Source: Armatimonadota bacterium | GTDB lineage: Bacteria; Armatimonadota; SYMT01 | Direction: 5' to 3' | NCBI GenBank assembly: GCA_046292385.1 | Contig: JBKBRF010000061.1 | Coordinates: forward strand, 1-36,374 | Length of the DNA: 36,374 bases | In this document: piece by piece, positions 9,331 to 18,541 of the stretch | How the letters are laid out: the number at the start of each line of letters is the position of its first letter | Numbering within the stretch: position 1 is the stretch's first letter | Made by a program: the position numbers and the translations under genes | Notes under the pieces: generated by a model | What the model saw: the letters and a program-made list of their open reading frames with translations, nothing else | Database searches by the model: none | What the model was told of the DNA's origin: nothing

Positions 9331-9891
9331 ATGAAGTACTCGCTCCTGCGCCGCACCCGCGCGGCGCTCCTCTCTGCCGGGGCCGCGCTCACCCTGGCCG
9401 CCGGACTGCTCGCGCAGGCCGCCCCGGCGCCCCCGCCGGGCTACAACGTCCACCTGGTCCGGGAAGCGGACGGCCACCGGTTCTGGCGCGGCGGCGGCCC
9501 GAAGCGGGAGACGCTGAAGTACCTGGCGAAGTCGGCCGGGATCCGCGGGACCACCGTCACGCTGATCGACCTCCGCCACCCGCCGACCAAAGACGACGTG
9601 AGCGGTCGCGACGGCAAGCTCTCCCCGAAAGCGGAGGCGGCGCTGGCGAAAGAGCTGGGGCTGAAGTACGTCGCGATCAGCGCGCTCGACAAGGGGCTCG
9701 ACGCGCGTCTGCAGAAGGCGCTGGCCGAGGGCGACGTCTACATGCACTGCATGTACGGCGTCAACCGCACTGGCTTCGCGGCCGCCCGGTACGCGCGCTC
9801 CGCCAAAGTGGAGACGAGCCGCAAAGGCCTCGGTCCCCGAGACTGGCGCCAGGGCGACGCCTTCCAGGCACGGCTGGAGCGCTCCCGGTAG
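9331..9891 (+). CDS. secreted cysteine-based (CX5R) phosphatase of the PTP/dual-specificity superfamily
   Basis: Signal peptide; FWRGGGP, TLIDLR, P-loop VYMHCMYGVNRTG. Confidence 0.85.
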   Translation: MKYSLLRRTRAALLSAGAALTLAAGLLAQAAPAPPPGYNVHLVREADGHRFWRGGGPKRETLKYLAKSAGIRGTTVTLIDLRHPPTKDDVSGRDGKLSPKAEAALAKELGLKYVAISALDKGLDARLQKALAEGDVYMHCMYGVNRTGFAAARYARSAKVETSRKGLGPRDWRQGDAFQARLERSR

Positions 9892-9903
9892 GGAGCGTCG
9901 GTA

Positions 9904-10137
9904 GGATTTCACCGCAGAGACGCAGAGGACGCGGAGAAGACCGGAACCATTTTGAACCGCCAAGAGCGCCAAACTCGCCCAGAGGGATGGGCCTGGCTCG
10001 CCTGTCGAGTACCGTACAGCGGCTCCGGAGTTTCTCCTGCTGGCTCCTCTTTGCGTCTTTTGCGTTCTTGGCGGTAAATCCGGTTCGGATTCCGGTTCCG
10101 GTTCTCTCCGTGTTCTCGGCGTCTCTGCGGTGAATCC
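9904..10137. repeat. nested inverted-repeat element with 9-nt periodic arms
   Basis: Outer TTCACCGCAGAGACGCAGAGGACGCGGAGAAGACCGGAACC versus GGTTCCGGTTCTCTCCGTGTTCTCGGCGTCTCTGCGGTGAA; inner ACCGCCAAGAGCGCCAAACTCGCCCAGAGG versus CCTCTTTGCGTCTTTTGCGTTCTTGGCGGT. Confidence 0.9.
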
Positions 10138-10151
10138 CCGTTCCAGAGGGC

Positions 10152-10466
10152 CTACGCCCAGTACTGGTCTTCCTCGGTCTTGGTCTTGCGGAGCTTCATG
10201 CCTTCCCGGTCGGGGTCAGTGAAGTAGAGGTAGGCGAGGGCGGCGACCACGCCAAGGATGGCGCCGGCGCCGGCCCCCTGGAGCGCCGCGGCGAGGGAGC
10301 TGGTGCCGACGGTGCGGGCCGCCTCCAGCAGCGCGTCTTCGCCGGCGGACTGTGCCGCGCTCTGGGCCCGCGCGGCGGCGACCTGCGCCCAGATGAACGC
10401 GCCGGCGATGGCGCCGACCAGTCCGCCGGCGCCCGCGACCCACACCTTTCCGTAATCCAGGTCCAT
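10152..10466 (-). CDS. small two-helix membrane protein, hypothetical
   Basis: GGAAGGGGAG RBS; two Gly/Ala-rich hydrophobic segments. Confidence 0.75.
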   Translation of the reverse strand: MDLDYGKVWVAGAGGLVGAIAGAFIWAQVAAARAQSAAQSAGEDALLEAARTVGTSSLAAALQGAGAGAILGVVAALAYLYFTDPDREGMKLRKTKTEEDQYWA

Positions 10467-10645
10467 TCTACTCCCCTTCCGGTCCCGTTCCAGCTCCGCA
10501 GCAGCGCCTGGCCCCGCGTGTACCTGTTGGACTGCCCGCCTCGCCCTGCCGTTCCGTGGCAGACGGCTTCGTCCCTCCGCAGGAGTCCGCGGGGGGAGCG
10601 CGAATCAGGCTGTGGTAACCGGACCAGCGAGCGCGGGAGGCAGCT

Positions 10646-12013
10646 ATGGCGGGGGTGGGCACTCAGCGGTTGGGCGAACTGCGGGAAGAGTTCCGCAAGG
10701 TGGAGCGGATCCTGGAGACGACGCCGACGGTGGACAAGTCGTTCGGCATCTCGACCGAGGAGTTCCTGGCGCGCCAGCGGCGGGTCTACGCGGCGCTGCG
10801 GGAGCACGGCTTCGAGGTGGGGTTCGTCTTCAGCGATGAGCACTACGACGGGGACGTGCCGTACCTGGGCGGCAACACCAACATCTCGATCGAGCAGGTG
10901 GCGGGCGTCATGGGGAAGACCGGCTTCCACGTGGTGGCGGGGCTGGAGGGCGGCTACATCGCGGAGCAGCTCGCCTGGAGGGCGAAGGCGCCGGTCCACA
11001 AGGTGGAGCTGCTGCAGCTTGCCGACGAGAAGTACCCGATCGACGCGGAGCGCCTGGAGGATGCCGTCGAAGCTGCCGCGGGTGGGAAGGTCGACCGCAT
11101 CGCGCTCCTCACGCCGCGCCAGGTGGTGCCGGACGGCGTGGTGCGCTACCTGGAGCAGGTCTACGGCCGGGAGAACGTGGTCGACGCCCAGGAGCTCTAC
11201 TACCGGGTGAAGTACGAGAAGTCGGACGACGAGATGCGCCTGATCCGGGACGCGAACGTCATCGCCGACGCGATGCTCCGCGCGATGCTGGCGGTGCTGC
11301 GCCCCGGCCTGTTGGAGACGCAGGTGGCGGCGTGGGGCAACTTCGTCGCCAAGGAGCTGGGTGCGGAGGAGATGGGCTGGGACGTGATGGTCGGCGCCAA
11401 CGAGGCGAACCGCACCCTCATCGGGAAGGCGCTGAACCGCCCGATCGGACGCGGCGACTGGGTCCACCTCGGCGTGGCCCCGAAGCGGGACGGCCTCAAC
11501 TCCTGCTGCCGGCGCTCGGTGGTGGCGGTGGAGGAGCCTGCCGCGGTGACCGCGGAGCAGCGCTACTGGATGGAGCTGGTGCTGGAGGCGTACCAGGTGG
11601 GGCTGGATGCCTACGTCGACGTGGCACAGCACGACAGGCCGGCCTATCTGCAGGAGCAGGCGCTGGTCGACTACTTCGCCTCCCGCAGCGAGGAGGTCTC
11701 CCGGCGCCTCGGGAAGCCGGTCCGCCTGGAGCGGCTGAAGCCGTACACCGGCACCCACAACGCCGGCTACACCGAGTGCCAGGAGTTCTTCGGCGCCATC
11801 ACCCTGGAGAGTCGCGAGCCGCTGGGGCGGCAGATCGTGACGATGCTCGACGTCGCCCTCCGCGGCATCGGCAACATGTGGGACGACGTGGTGCTGCCCG
11901 GGGTCGACTTCGTGGTGGTGGAGAACACCCTCGGCAAGTTCGGTCCCCGCGTGGAAGAGCTGAACGCCGTCCCCCGCGACGCGCAGCCGCTCGTCGGCCG
12001 GGTGGAGGTGTGA
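10646..12013 (+). CDS. M24 (pita-bread) fold protein, Xaa-Pro peptidase/creatinase-like, with non-canonical metal ligands
   Basis: GGGAGG RBS; creatinase-like N-domain (EFLARQRRV), KSDDEMRLIRDA, LRPGLLETQVAA, GTHNAG, VVVEN. Confidence 0.8.
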   Translation: MAGVGTQRLGELREEFRKVERILETTPTVDKSFGISTEEFLARQRRVYAALREHGFEVGFVFSDEHYDGDVPYLGGNTNISIEQVAGVMGKTGFHVVAGLEGGYIAEQLAWRAKAPVHKVELLQLADEKYPIDAERLEDAVEAAAGGKVDRIALLTPRQVVPDGVVRYLEQVYGRENVVDAQELYYRVKYEKSDDEMRLIRDANVIADAMLRAMLAVLRPGLLETQVAAWGNFVAKELGAEEMGWDVMVGANEANRTLIGKALNRPIGRGDWVHLGVAPKRDGLNSCCRRSVVAVEEPAAVTAEQRYWMELVLEAYQVGLDAYVDVAQHDRPAYLQEQALVDYFASRSEEVSRRLGKPVRLERLKPYTGTHNAGYTECQEFFGAITLESREPLGRQIVTMLDVALRGIGNMWDDVVLPGVDFVVVENTLGKFGPRVEELNAVPRDAQPLVGRVEV

Positions 12014-12267
12014 CCGGCGGCTGACGCGGGCCTGGCGCTGCTGCAAATAGACCGCGCACCTGCTCGCCTCGACTCCCGAGCTGCCCGCGGGAGCAATATT
12101 TTGTGGCGTGCCAGGAAATGGGCCGCAGGCGTCGAACAGGTGATTGCAGAGCCCCCGGAGACGCGATTGGCTGCTCGTCTAGCCTGCCGCCGCGTCCACA
12201 CGTCCGGAGCGCCCGGCGCCCGATGCCGACCGGGGACCTGGGGGCGCACGCCTCGCGGAGGAATTCG

Positions 12268-13779
12268 ATGGAAGCCACCTCGGTTGGCCTCTTTGCTCGG
12301 AGCCGCAGGCGGTGGACCCTGGCGGTGCTCGCCGGGGTGATCGTCGGCTCCGTCTTCGTGCTGCCGCGCAGCTCGCCGGCGGGGCTGCCCCCGCCCCCGC
12401 CCCCAATCGAGGAGCCGGAGGACCCCAAAGACCCGAAGGACCCGAAGGATCCGGAGGCGCGGTCCCCCATCGTATTCCGCGCCGCGGTGACATACCCGAT
12501 GCCGGGTCCGAACGACGTGACGATGGCCGATCTGGACGGAGATGGTGCTCTCGACGTCGCCGTCCGCTCGCTGGGATCCGTGGCGGTGCTCTTCGGCCGG
12601 GGAGACGGGACACTCGAGCCGCCAAAGCTGTTTCCGATCGGCCCCGACGCGGAGCGCGACTGGTGCCAGGTGCTGGCCGCCGATGTCAACCTCGACGGAC
12701 GGCTGGACCTGGTGGTCACGGTCGGTGCGGACGATTGCCTCGCGGTTCGCCTGAACCTGGGCGACCGCGAGTTTGCGGAGCCGGCCCGGTATCCGGTCGG
12801 CAGGCTCCCGAACGGGGTGGTTGCCGATGACTTCAACGGGGACGGCTGGCCGGATGTCGCCGTGACGAACCACCGCTCCGGGGACTTCTGCATCCTGCTC
12901 AACCAGGGAGACGGGAGCTTTGCGCCTGCCGTCTCTTATCGCTGCGGTAACCTGCCAAGCCGGATCACGAGTGGAGACTTCAACGCGGACGGCCGCGCCG
13001 ACCTGGCAATAGCCAACTACCAGGGTGGCGTGCTGGTCTGCCTCGGAGCCAGGAACGGCGGTTTCTTTTACAGCCCCCAGACAGGCGTCGGCAGTCACGC
13101 CTCACAGGTCGTATCCGCGGACTTCAATCTCGACCGATTGGAAGACCTCGCGACTGCCGAAACCTTCGGCAATAGCGTCTCCATTCTTACGAACGTGGGA
13201 TACGGCATCTTTAGAGCCGACGCCTACCCGGGCGGCACCTATCCTCACGTCATGGATGTCGCCGACTTCGATGGTGACGGTTATCCGGATCTGGCGGTGC
13301 CGAACAACGAGAGCGGGCAGTTCGTGGTGCTCTGGAATCTCGGCGGCACGCTGGCGGCGCCCGCTGTGTTCTCCTCGGCAGGGCAGGACACGCGGCGGTT
13401 GGCTGCGGGCGATCTGAACGGCGACGGGCTCCCGGACGTGGTTACGTCGAACGCCGGTTCGGAAAACCTTTCGGTGCTGCTCAACGTGACTCCGATTCCG
13501 GCGGTTGCCTCGATCACGCTGCAGCGTCGGGCTGTACGTGGAGGCCAGACGGTGGCCGGTACGGTCCGGCTCCGCTCACCGGCGCGCCGCGGCGGCGCGG
13601 TGGTCAGGCTGGCCGGGGACTCCAACCTCGTCGTCCCGGCTGCGGTCCGGATTCGCCCCGGGCGCAAGGTGGGCACGTTCCGGGTCGGCACCGTCCAGAC
13701 GCCGAAGCCGGTCCGCCTGCCGATTACCGCACGCTCCGGCCGGAGCGAGAAGTCCGCTATGCTGCTCCTGCGACCCTGA
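12268..13779 (+). CDS. secreted FG-GAP/VCBS repeat beta-propeller protein with C-terminal Ig-like domain
   Basis: GGAGG RBS before ATG 12268; hydrophobic leader; seven D-x-[DN]-x-D-G-x-x-D-like repeats. Confidence 0.9.
   Translation: MEATSVGLFARSRRRWTLAVLAGVIVGSVFVLPRSSPAGLPPPPPPIEEPEDPKDPKDPKDPEARSPIVFRAAVTYPMPGPNDVTMADLDGDGALDVAVRSLGSVAVLFGRGDGTLEPPKLFPIGPDAERDWCQVLAADVNLDGRLDLVVTVGADDCLAVRLNLGDREFAEPARYPVGRLPNGVVADDFNGDGWPDVAVTNHRSGDFCILLNQGDGSFAPAVSYRCGNLPSRITSGDFNADGRADLAIANYQGGVLVCLGARNGGFFYSPQTGVGSHASQVVSADFNLDRLEDLATAETFGNSVSILTNVGYGIFRADAYPGGTYPHVMDVADFDGDGYPDLAVPNNESGQFVVLWNLGGTLAAPAVFSSAGQDTRRLAAGDLNGDGLPDVVTSNAGSENLSVLLNVTPIPAVASITLQRRAVRGGQTVAGTVRLRSPARRGGAVVRLAGDSNLVVPAAVRIRPGRKVGTFRVGTVQTPKPVRLPITARSGRSEKSAMLLLRP
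12421..12456 (+). repeat. in-frame 9-bp tandem repeat encoding DPK-DPK-DPK-DPE
   Basis: GACCCCAAA GACCCGAAG GACCCGAAG GATCCGGAG. Confidence 0.85.
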
Positions 13780-13882
13780 GAGGGCAGCCGGGCGAGAGCG
13801 TGTCTATATACGTTCTTCATCTCGTCTCGCTAAGCTGAATCGCGCCCCGCGGCGCCCCTTTCTCAGCCGAAGCGAGACCTCC

Positions 13883-14569
13883 ATGCGAATCCTGGTAATC
13901 GAAGACGACGCGGTGATCTCTGACCTGCTCCGGATCGGCTTCGAGCAGGCGCGCTTTGGGGTGGACCAGGCGGAAGACGGGCCGACCGGGCTCCAGATGG
14001 CGCTGGAGGGGCAGTACGGCGTCATCGTGCTCGACGTGATGCTGCCGGGCCTGGACGGCTGGGCGGTGCTGAAGACGCTCCGGGAGCGGCGGAACACCAC
14101 GCCGGTGCTGATGCTGACCGCCCGGGACGAGGTCTCGGACCGGATCCGCGGGCTGGAGGGCGGCGCCGACGACTACCTGCCGAAGCCGTTCGACTTCAAC
14201 GAGCTCCTCGCCCGGGTGCGCGCGCTGCTGCGGCGGGACAAGCTGCACAAGACGCGGGTCATCCGGATTGCGGACCTGGAGATCGACACCACCAACCGGC
14301 AGGTGTGGCGGGACGGCGCCGAGATTCCCCTGACCCCCCGCGAGTACTCCCTGCTGGAGGCGCTGGCCCAGCACGAGGGCCGTGTGCTGAGCCGGGAGAT
14401 GATCCAGGACCGGATCTGGAACGATGAGGAAGGCGTGCCGGGAACGGTAAACGTGCACGTCGCGAATCTGCGGAAGAAGGTGGACGCCGGCTTTTCCGTC
14501 AAGCTAATCCACACGGCACACGGACATGGCTACGTCCTGCGCGTGCCGGGCGAGGAGGAAGGCGGATGA
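13883..14569 (+). CDS. OmpR/PhoB-family DNA-binding response regulator
   Basis: MRILVIEDD, LDVMLPGLDG phosphoacceptor, LMLTA, GADDYLPKPF, winged-helix LTPREY...VHVANLRKK...GHGY. Confidence 0.96.
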   Translation: MRILVIEDDAVISDLLRIGFEQARFGVDQAEDGPTGLQMALEGQYGVIVLDVMLPGLDGWAVLKTLRERRNTTPVLMLTARDEVSDRIRGLEGGADDYLPKPFDFNELLARVRALLRRDKLHKTRVIRIADLEIDTTNRQVWRDGAEIPLTPREYSLLEALAQHEGRVLSREMIQDRIWNDEEGVPGTVNVHVANLRKKVDAGFSVKLIHTAHGHGYVLRVPGEEEGG

Positions 14570-16155
14570 GCTGGAGCTCGGTCCGGGTCCGGCTGACGCT
14601 CTGGAGCGTGCTGGTGCTCGCGGTGGTGCTGGGCGGCTTCGGCCTCGCCATGTGCTACGCGATCCAGGCGAACCAGTCCGCCGCGATCGACCGCGACCTC
14701 CAGCAGCGCGCCGCGCAGGTATCGAGCTGGCTGCAGCGGCTCTGGCGCAACCCCCCGCCCGAGGGCCCGGGCCGGCGCGGCGGCCGCGGCAGGCGAGACG
14801 GGCGCGGACGGCGGCCGGACGCGCCTCCCCTGGACCCGAACCCGAATCGCGTGGGGGCGCGCACCCGGGGCTTCGGCTCGGGCGGCGAGTGGCAGTACGA
14901 GTTCCGCCGCCCCCTCTTCTTCGATCCCCGGGGGAACCCCGGCCCGATCTTCCCCGACGACCGTCCCTGGGACCGCGAGGCGTTCCACGCCGCCCTTGCG
15001 AGTGGGCTGCGGTTTTCCACAATCGAGCTGGACGGCGAGGCGGTGCGCGTGGTTTCGCTGCCGGTCAGCTACCAGGGTGAGATCCGCGGGGTGGTCCAGG
15101 TGGCGCACCCGATGGGGGAGCAGCAGCGGCTGGTGGAGAGCCAGCTGACCACCCTCCTGGTGCTGGTACCGCTCGCGCTGGTGGTCGCCACCGCCGGCGG
15201 GCTCTTGCTTACCAGCCGCGCGCTGCGGCCGGTGCGGCAGGTGACCCGCGCCGCGGAGCAGATCGGCGCGGAAGACCTCTCCCGCCGGCTCCCGGTCTCC
15301 GGCAAGGACGAGCTGGCCCAGCTCGCCTGCACCTTCAACGGGATGATCGCGCGCCTGGAGCGGGCGTTCGCGGAGCGTGCGGAGGCGTACCGGAAGCTGG
15401 AGGGCGCCTACGAAGAGCAGCGGCGCTTTACGGGGGACGCCTCCCACGAGCTGCGGACGCCGCTGACGCGCCTGAAGGCGAGCACCAGCCTGGCACTCAG
15501 CGGGCCGCCGCGCGTGGAGAGCTACCGGCAGGCGCTGGTGGTGGCGGACCAGGCGGCAGACGTGATGGGCCGCATCGTGCAGGACCTGCTGCTGCTGGCG
15601 CGCTCCGATGGGGGACAGCTCACGCCGCGCCTGGCGCCGGTGCCGGTAGAGCCGATGCTGCGGGAAGCGGTGACCCGCCTCTCCGGCCAGCCCGGCGCTC
15701 CGGTGCGGCTGGAGGCGCCGGAGGAGGAGCTGCAGGTCCGCGGGGATGCGGAGTACCTGACCCGGCTCTTCGTGAACCTGCTGGAGAACGCGCTGCGGCA
15801 TACCCCGTCGGATGGAGAGGTCGTCGTCTTCGCGCGCGCGGACGGCGAGGCGGTGCGGATCGCGGTCGCCGACTCCGGCGAGGGGATCCCGCCCGAGCAC
15901 CTGCCGCACGTGTGCGACCGCTTCTACCGGGTCGACGCGGCCCGCACCCGCGGCAGCGGCGGCACCGGCCTGGGGCTGGCGATCTGCCAGAGTATCGTGC
16001 AGGCCCACCACGGCTCGCTGCGGATCGAGAGCGAGGTCGGCCTCGGCACCACCGTCGAGGTGACGCTGCCGCGCGCGGCTCCGGACCCGGCACCCTCCGC
16101 CGGGGAGCCGGCGATGACCGGTGCCGGCGCCTCCGCCGCTCCCCCTCACGGTTAA
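14566..16155 (+). CDS. HAMP-domain sensor histidine kinase
   Basis: ATGA overlap with the regulator; two TM segments; HAMP; ASHELRTPL H-box; NLLENA, DSGEGI, FYRVD, GTGLGL boxes. Confidence 0.96.
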   Translation: MSWSSVRVRLTLWSVLVLAVVLGGFGLAMCYAIQANQSAAIDRDLQQRAAQVSSWLQRLWRNPPPEGPGRRGGRGRRDGRGRRPDAPPLDPNPNRVGARTRGFGSGGEWQYEFRRPLFFDPRGNPGPIFPDDRPWDREAFHAALASGLRFSTIELDGEAVRVVSLPVSYQGEIRGVVQVAHPMGEQQRLVESQLTTLLVLVPLALVVATAGGLLLTSRALRPVRQVTRAAEQIGAEDLSRRLPVSGKDELAQLACTFNGMIARLERAFAERAEAYRKLEGAYEEQRRFTGDASHELRTPLTRLKASTSLALSGPPRVESYRQALVVADQAADVMGRIVQDLLLLARSDGGQLTPRLAPVPVEPMLREAVTRLSGQPGAPVRLEAPEEELQVRGDAEYLTRLFVNLLENALRHTPSDGEVVVFARADGEAVRIAVADSGEGIPPEHLPHVCDRFYRVDAARTRGSGGTGLGLAICQSIVQAHHGSLRIESEVGLGTTVEVTLPRAAPDPAPSAGEPAMTGAGASAAPPHG

Positions 16156-16513
16156 CCGCTCCGTCCGGAGCTTGGCTACGGGCCGGCTGCCGGGTCCGGT
16201 CAAGTGGCTTCAGGCCCGGAACTTCCGGCTGCACTATACTACGGGGCCAACTGGAAGGGTGCGTGGTAGCCAGAGAGCCCGGCCGGCCCCGGAGTGCATC
16301 ACCCACTCCGCATGCCGGCACGTCGCTGAGTGTGTGCCTGGCCCTGGCGCTCAGCGCGTCCCAAGCCCGGGACCCGTCGAATGAGTAGCGGATGGTTCCC
16401 TTCATCTTTTGAGGCGATGGCCTGATTACAGCGCCCGCGATGAGGGAAGACACTGACGGAACGAGGATCGCGAGCCCGCGCGAGGAGCCCGGGAAGCGCA
16501 CCCGACAGGGACG

Positions 16514-16780
16514 CAGCTCACGTTCGGCCCGAAACATCTGGCGGCAGCGGTCTTCTGGAACCCTATGGGGCTGTCCCGCTCGCGGTTCCTGCCATGCTCG
16601 CTCTCCAGGCGGGCGCGCCCGGCTCGGTAGGGGAGCTAGGGATCGAGCCCGGTTCCGATATCGGTACGCGGACACGCCGCTCCAAGCGTCTTCAGTGCGC
16701 GGGCTCGTCACGCGCATCCGGACCAACACGACGAACGTCGCTACGGAAGCCGGTGAGGCGACACCGGATGGGTTGACACC
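16514..16780 (+). pseudogene. frameshifted OhrR/MarR-family transcriptional regulator relic
   Basis: Joining frames gives QLTF...LLEPYG-LS...FL-MLALQAGAPGSVGELGIEPGSDIGTRTRRSKRLQCAG-LVTRIR-DQHDERR, which follows the OhrR pattern LLxxLGLTYxQYLVMLxLW...VGELG...DxGTLTPLLKRLExxGLVTRxR...DERR. Confidence 0.65.
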
Positions 16781-16897
16781 GCCCATGCCGGGCGAGAGCC
16801 CCACCCGTACGGATCCCATACCGACGCAGGCCCGGTGCGCCCGCGCACCCAGCAGAGAAGCTAGGCGTCACCCCACTGCCCGTTCGGAGATCGTACC

Positions 16898-17644
16898 ATG
16901 AAGATCGGTATTCTCGGCGCGGGCCATATTGGGAAGACGTTGGCGCGCAAGCTGGCTGCGGCCGGTCATGACGTGAAGGTGGCCAACTCCCGCGGCCCGG
17001 AGACGATTGAGGATGACGTGCTGGCTTTCGGTGCCCGCGCGGTGACGACGGCGGAAGCGGTGGAGGGCGTGGACGTGGTGATCCTCTCGATCCCGCTCCA
17101 TCGCATTCCCGAGATTGCGCCGCTGGTCGCCAACCTGCCAGCCGAGACGGTCGTCATCGACACTTCGAACTACTATCCGCACCGCGACGGCCGGATTGAC
17201 GCGATCGAAGCCGGCCAGGTTGAGAGCCTGTGGGTTACCGAGCAATTGGGCCGGCCAGTCGTCAAGGCCTGGAATGCCATCGGTTCAGACTCCTTCGCCA
17301 GGAAGGGCACGCCTGCGGGACATCAGGGTCGCATCGCTATCCCCGTTGCGGCCGATAGCGAGAAGGATCGGCACGTCGGAATGGCGCTCGTGGAGGACAC
17401 CGGTTTCGACGCCTTTGACGCGGGCACGCTCGCCGACTCGTGGCGGCAGCAGCCGGGTGCACCCTGCTATTGCACGGACCTCACCCGGGACGAGATGGCG
17501 GCGGCGTTGGCTACAGCCGAAGCGGCGCGCTTGCCCAAACGGCGAGATCTGGCGGTGGCCGCCATACAAGAACGAGTTGGGGACAGCAAGACCAATCCCG
17601 GCACGGATTATGGCGTGCGCTTGAATCGCGCGTTGTTTATGTGA
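16898..17644 (+). CDS. NADP oxidoreductase, F420_oxidored (NADPH-dependent F420 reductase-like) family
   Basis: MKIGILGAGHIG, VANSRGPE, DVVILSIP, IDTSNYYP, VVKAWN, LADSWRQQPG. Confidence 0.92.
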   Translation: MKIGILGAGHIGKTLARKLAAAGHDVKVANSRGPETIEDDVLAFGARAVTTAEAVEGVDVVILSIPLHRIPEIAPLVANLPAETVVIDTSNYYPHRDGRIDAIEAGQVESLWVTEQLGRPVVKAWNAIGSDSFARKGTPAGHQGRIAIPVAADSEKDRHVGMALVEDTGFDAFDAGTLADSWRQQPGAPCYCTDLTRDEMAAALATAEAARLPKRRDLAVAAIQERVGDSKTNPGTDYGVRLNRALFM

Positions 17645-17698
17645 GTTGGCGGAACTCGCGGTTGATCCACCTACTCTCCTCCAGATAGAGGCGGCACT

Positions 17699-18415
17699 AT
17701 GGAGATCGGGATTATCGGATCGGGACAGATCGGCAGTACTCTCGCGCGGCAGCTCACCGCGCTCGGTCACCGGGTGCTGGTTGCCAACTCGCGCGGCCCT
17801 GACTCGCTGGCCGCGCTGGCCGCCGAGACGGGCGCAACGGCAGCCACCGTGGAGCAAGCCGCTCGGGCTCACGACGTAGTCATCGTCGCCATCCCGGAGA
17901 AGGCCGTGCCGGAACTACCTCGCGACCTGTTCACCACCACGTCCGCGGTCGTCGTGGACACCGGCAACTACTATCCGTCGCGTGACGGTCGCATTGCCGA
18001 GATCGAGAACGGCCTGACCGATAGCGAGTGGGTCTCCACGGTACTGGGTCGCCCCGTGACAAAGGCCTTCAACAACATCGGCGCGGGCAGCCTCGCTACG
18101 CGCGGCGTGCCGGCCGGAACCCCGGGCCGCGTCTGCCTGCCCGTCGCCGGCGACGATCGGCGTGCCAAGCAGGTGGTGCTGGGGCTTCTGGAGACGCTGG
18201 GCTCTGACGGCCTCGACTCCGGCCGCCTCGCCGATTCCTGGCGACAGCAACCCGGCACGCCGGCCTATTGCCAGGACCTGAATGCGGCCAGGCTGGCAGC
18301 TGCTCTGGCGCAGGCCGACCCTGCGCAGACCGCACGCTATCGTGCCGAGGCGGACGAGGCCGCGCGGCCGTACTTTGCTCAGCACCACCTGCTGGCTCCG
18401 GAGGTTGACAGCTAG
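17699..18415 (+). CDS. NADP oxidoreductase, F420_oxidored family (tandem paralogue)
   Basis: MEIGIIGSGQIG, VANSRGPD, VDTGNYYP, KAFNNI, LADSWRQQPG. Confidence 0.92.
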   Translation: MEIGIIGSGQIGSTLARQLTALGHRVLVANSRGPDSLAALAAETGATAATVEQAARAHDVVIVAIPEKAVPELPRDLFTTTSAVVVDTGNYYPSRDGRIAEIENGLTDSEWVSTVLGRPVTKAFNNIGAGSLATRGVPAGTPGRVCLPVAGDDRRAKQVVLGLLETLGSDGLDSGRLADSWRQQPGTPAYCQDLNAARLAAALAQADPAQTARYRAEADEAARPYFAQHHLLAPEVDS

Positions 18416-18541
18416 CATCGCCCCTGGTGCCGCGTTCCAGGGAATGTCGCGGCCCGCTTCACGTTTCCTGAACCTTTCCGGTGTCTCAGGAATCAGAAGC
18501 GATCCGTTCGGATCGGGATTCCGGGAGACGCGTGAGGGGAG

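Noticed and set aside
16440..16901. 153-aa ORF as an intact gene
   Set aside because: Low-complexity translation; MarR-like similarity is split over several frames, consistent with a pseudogene.
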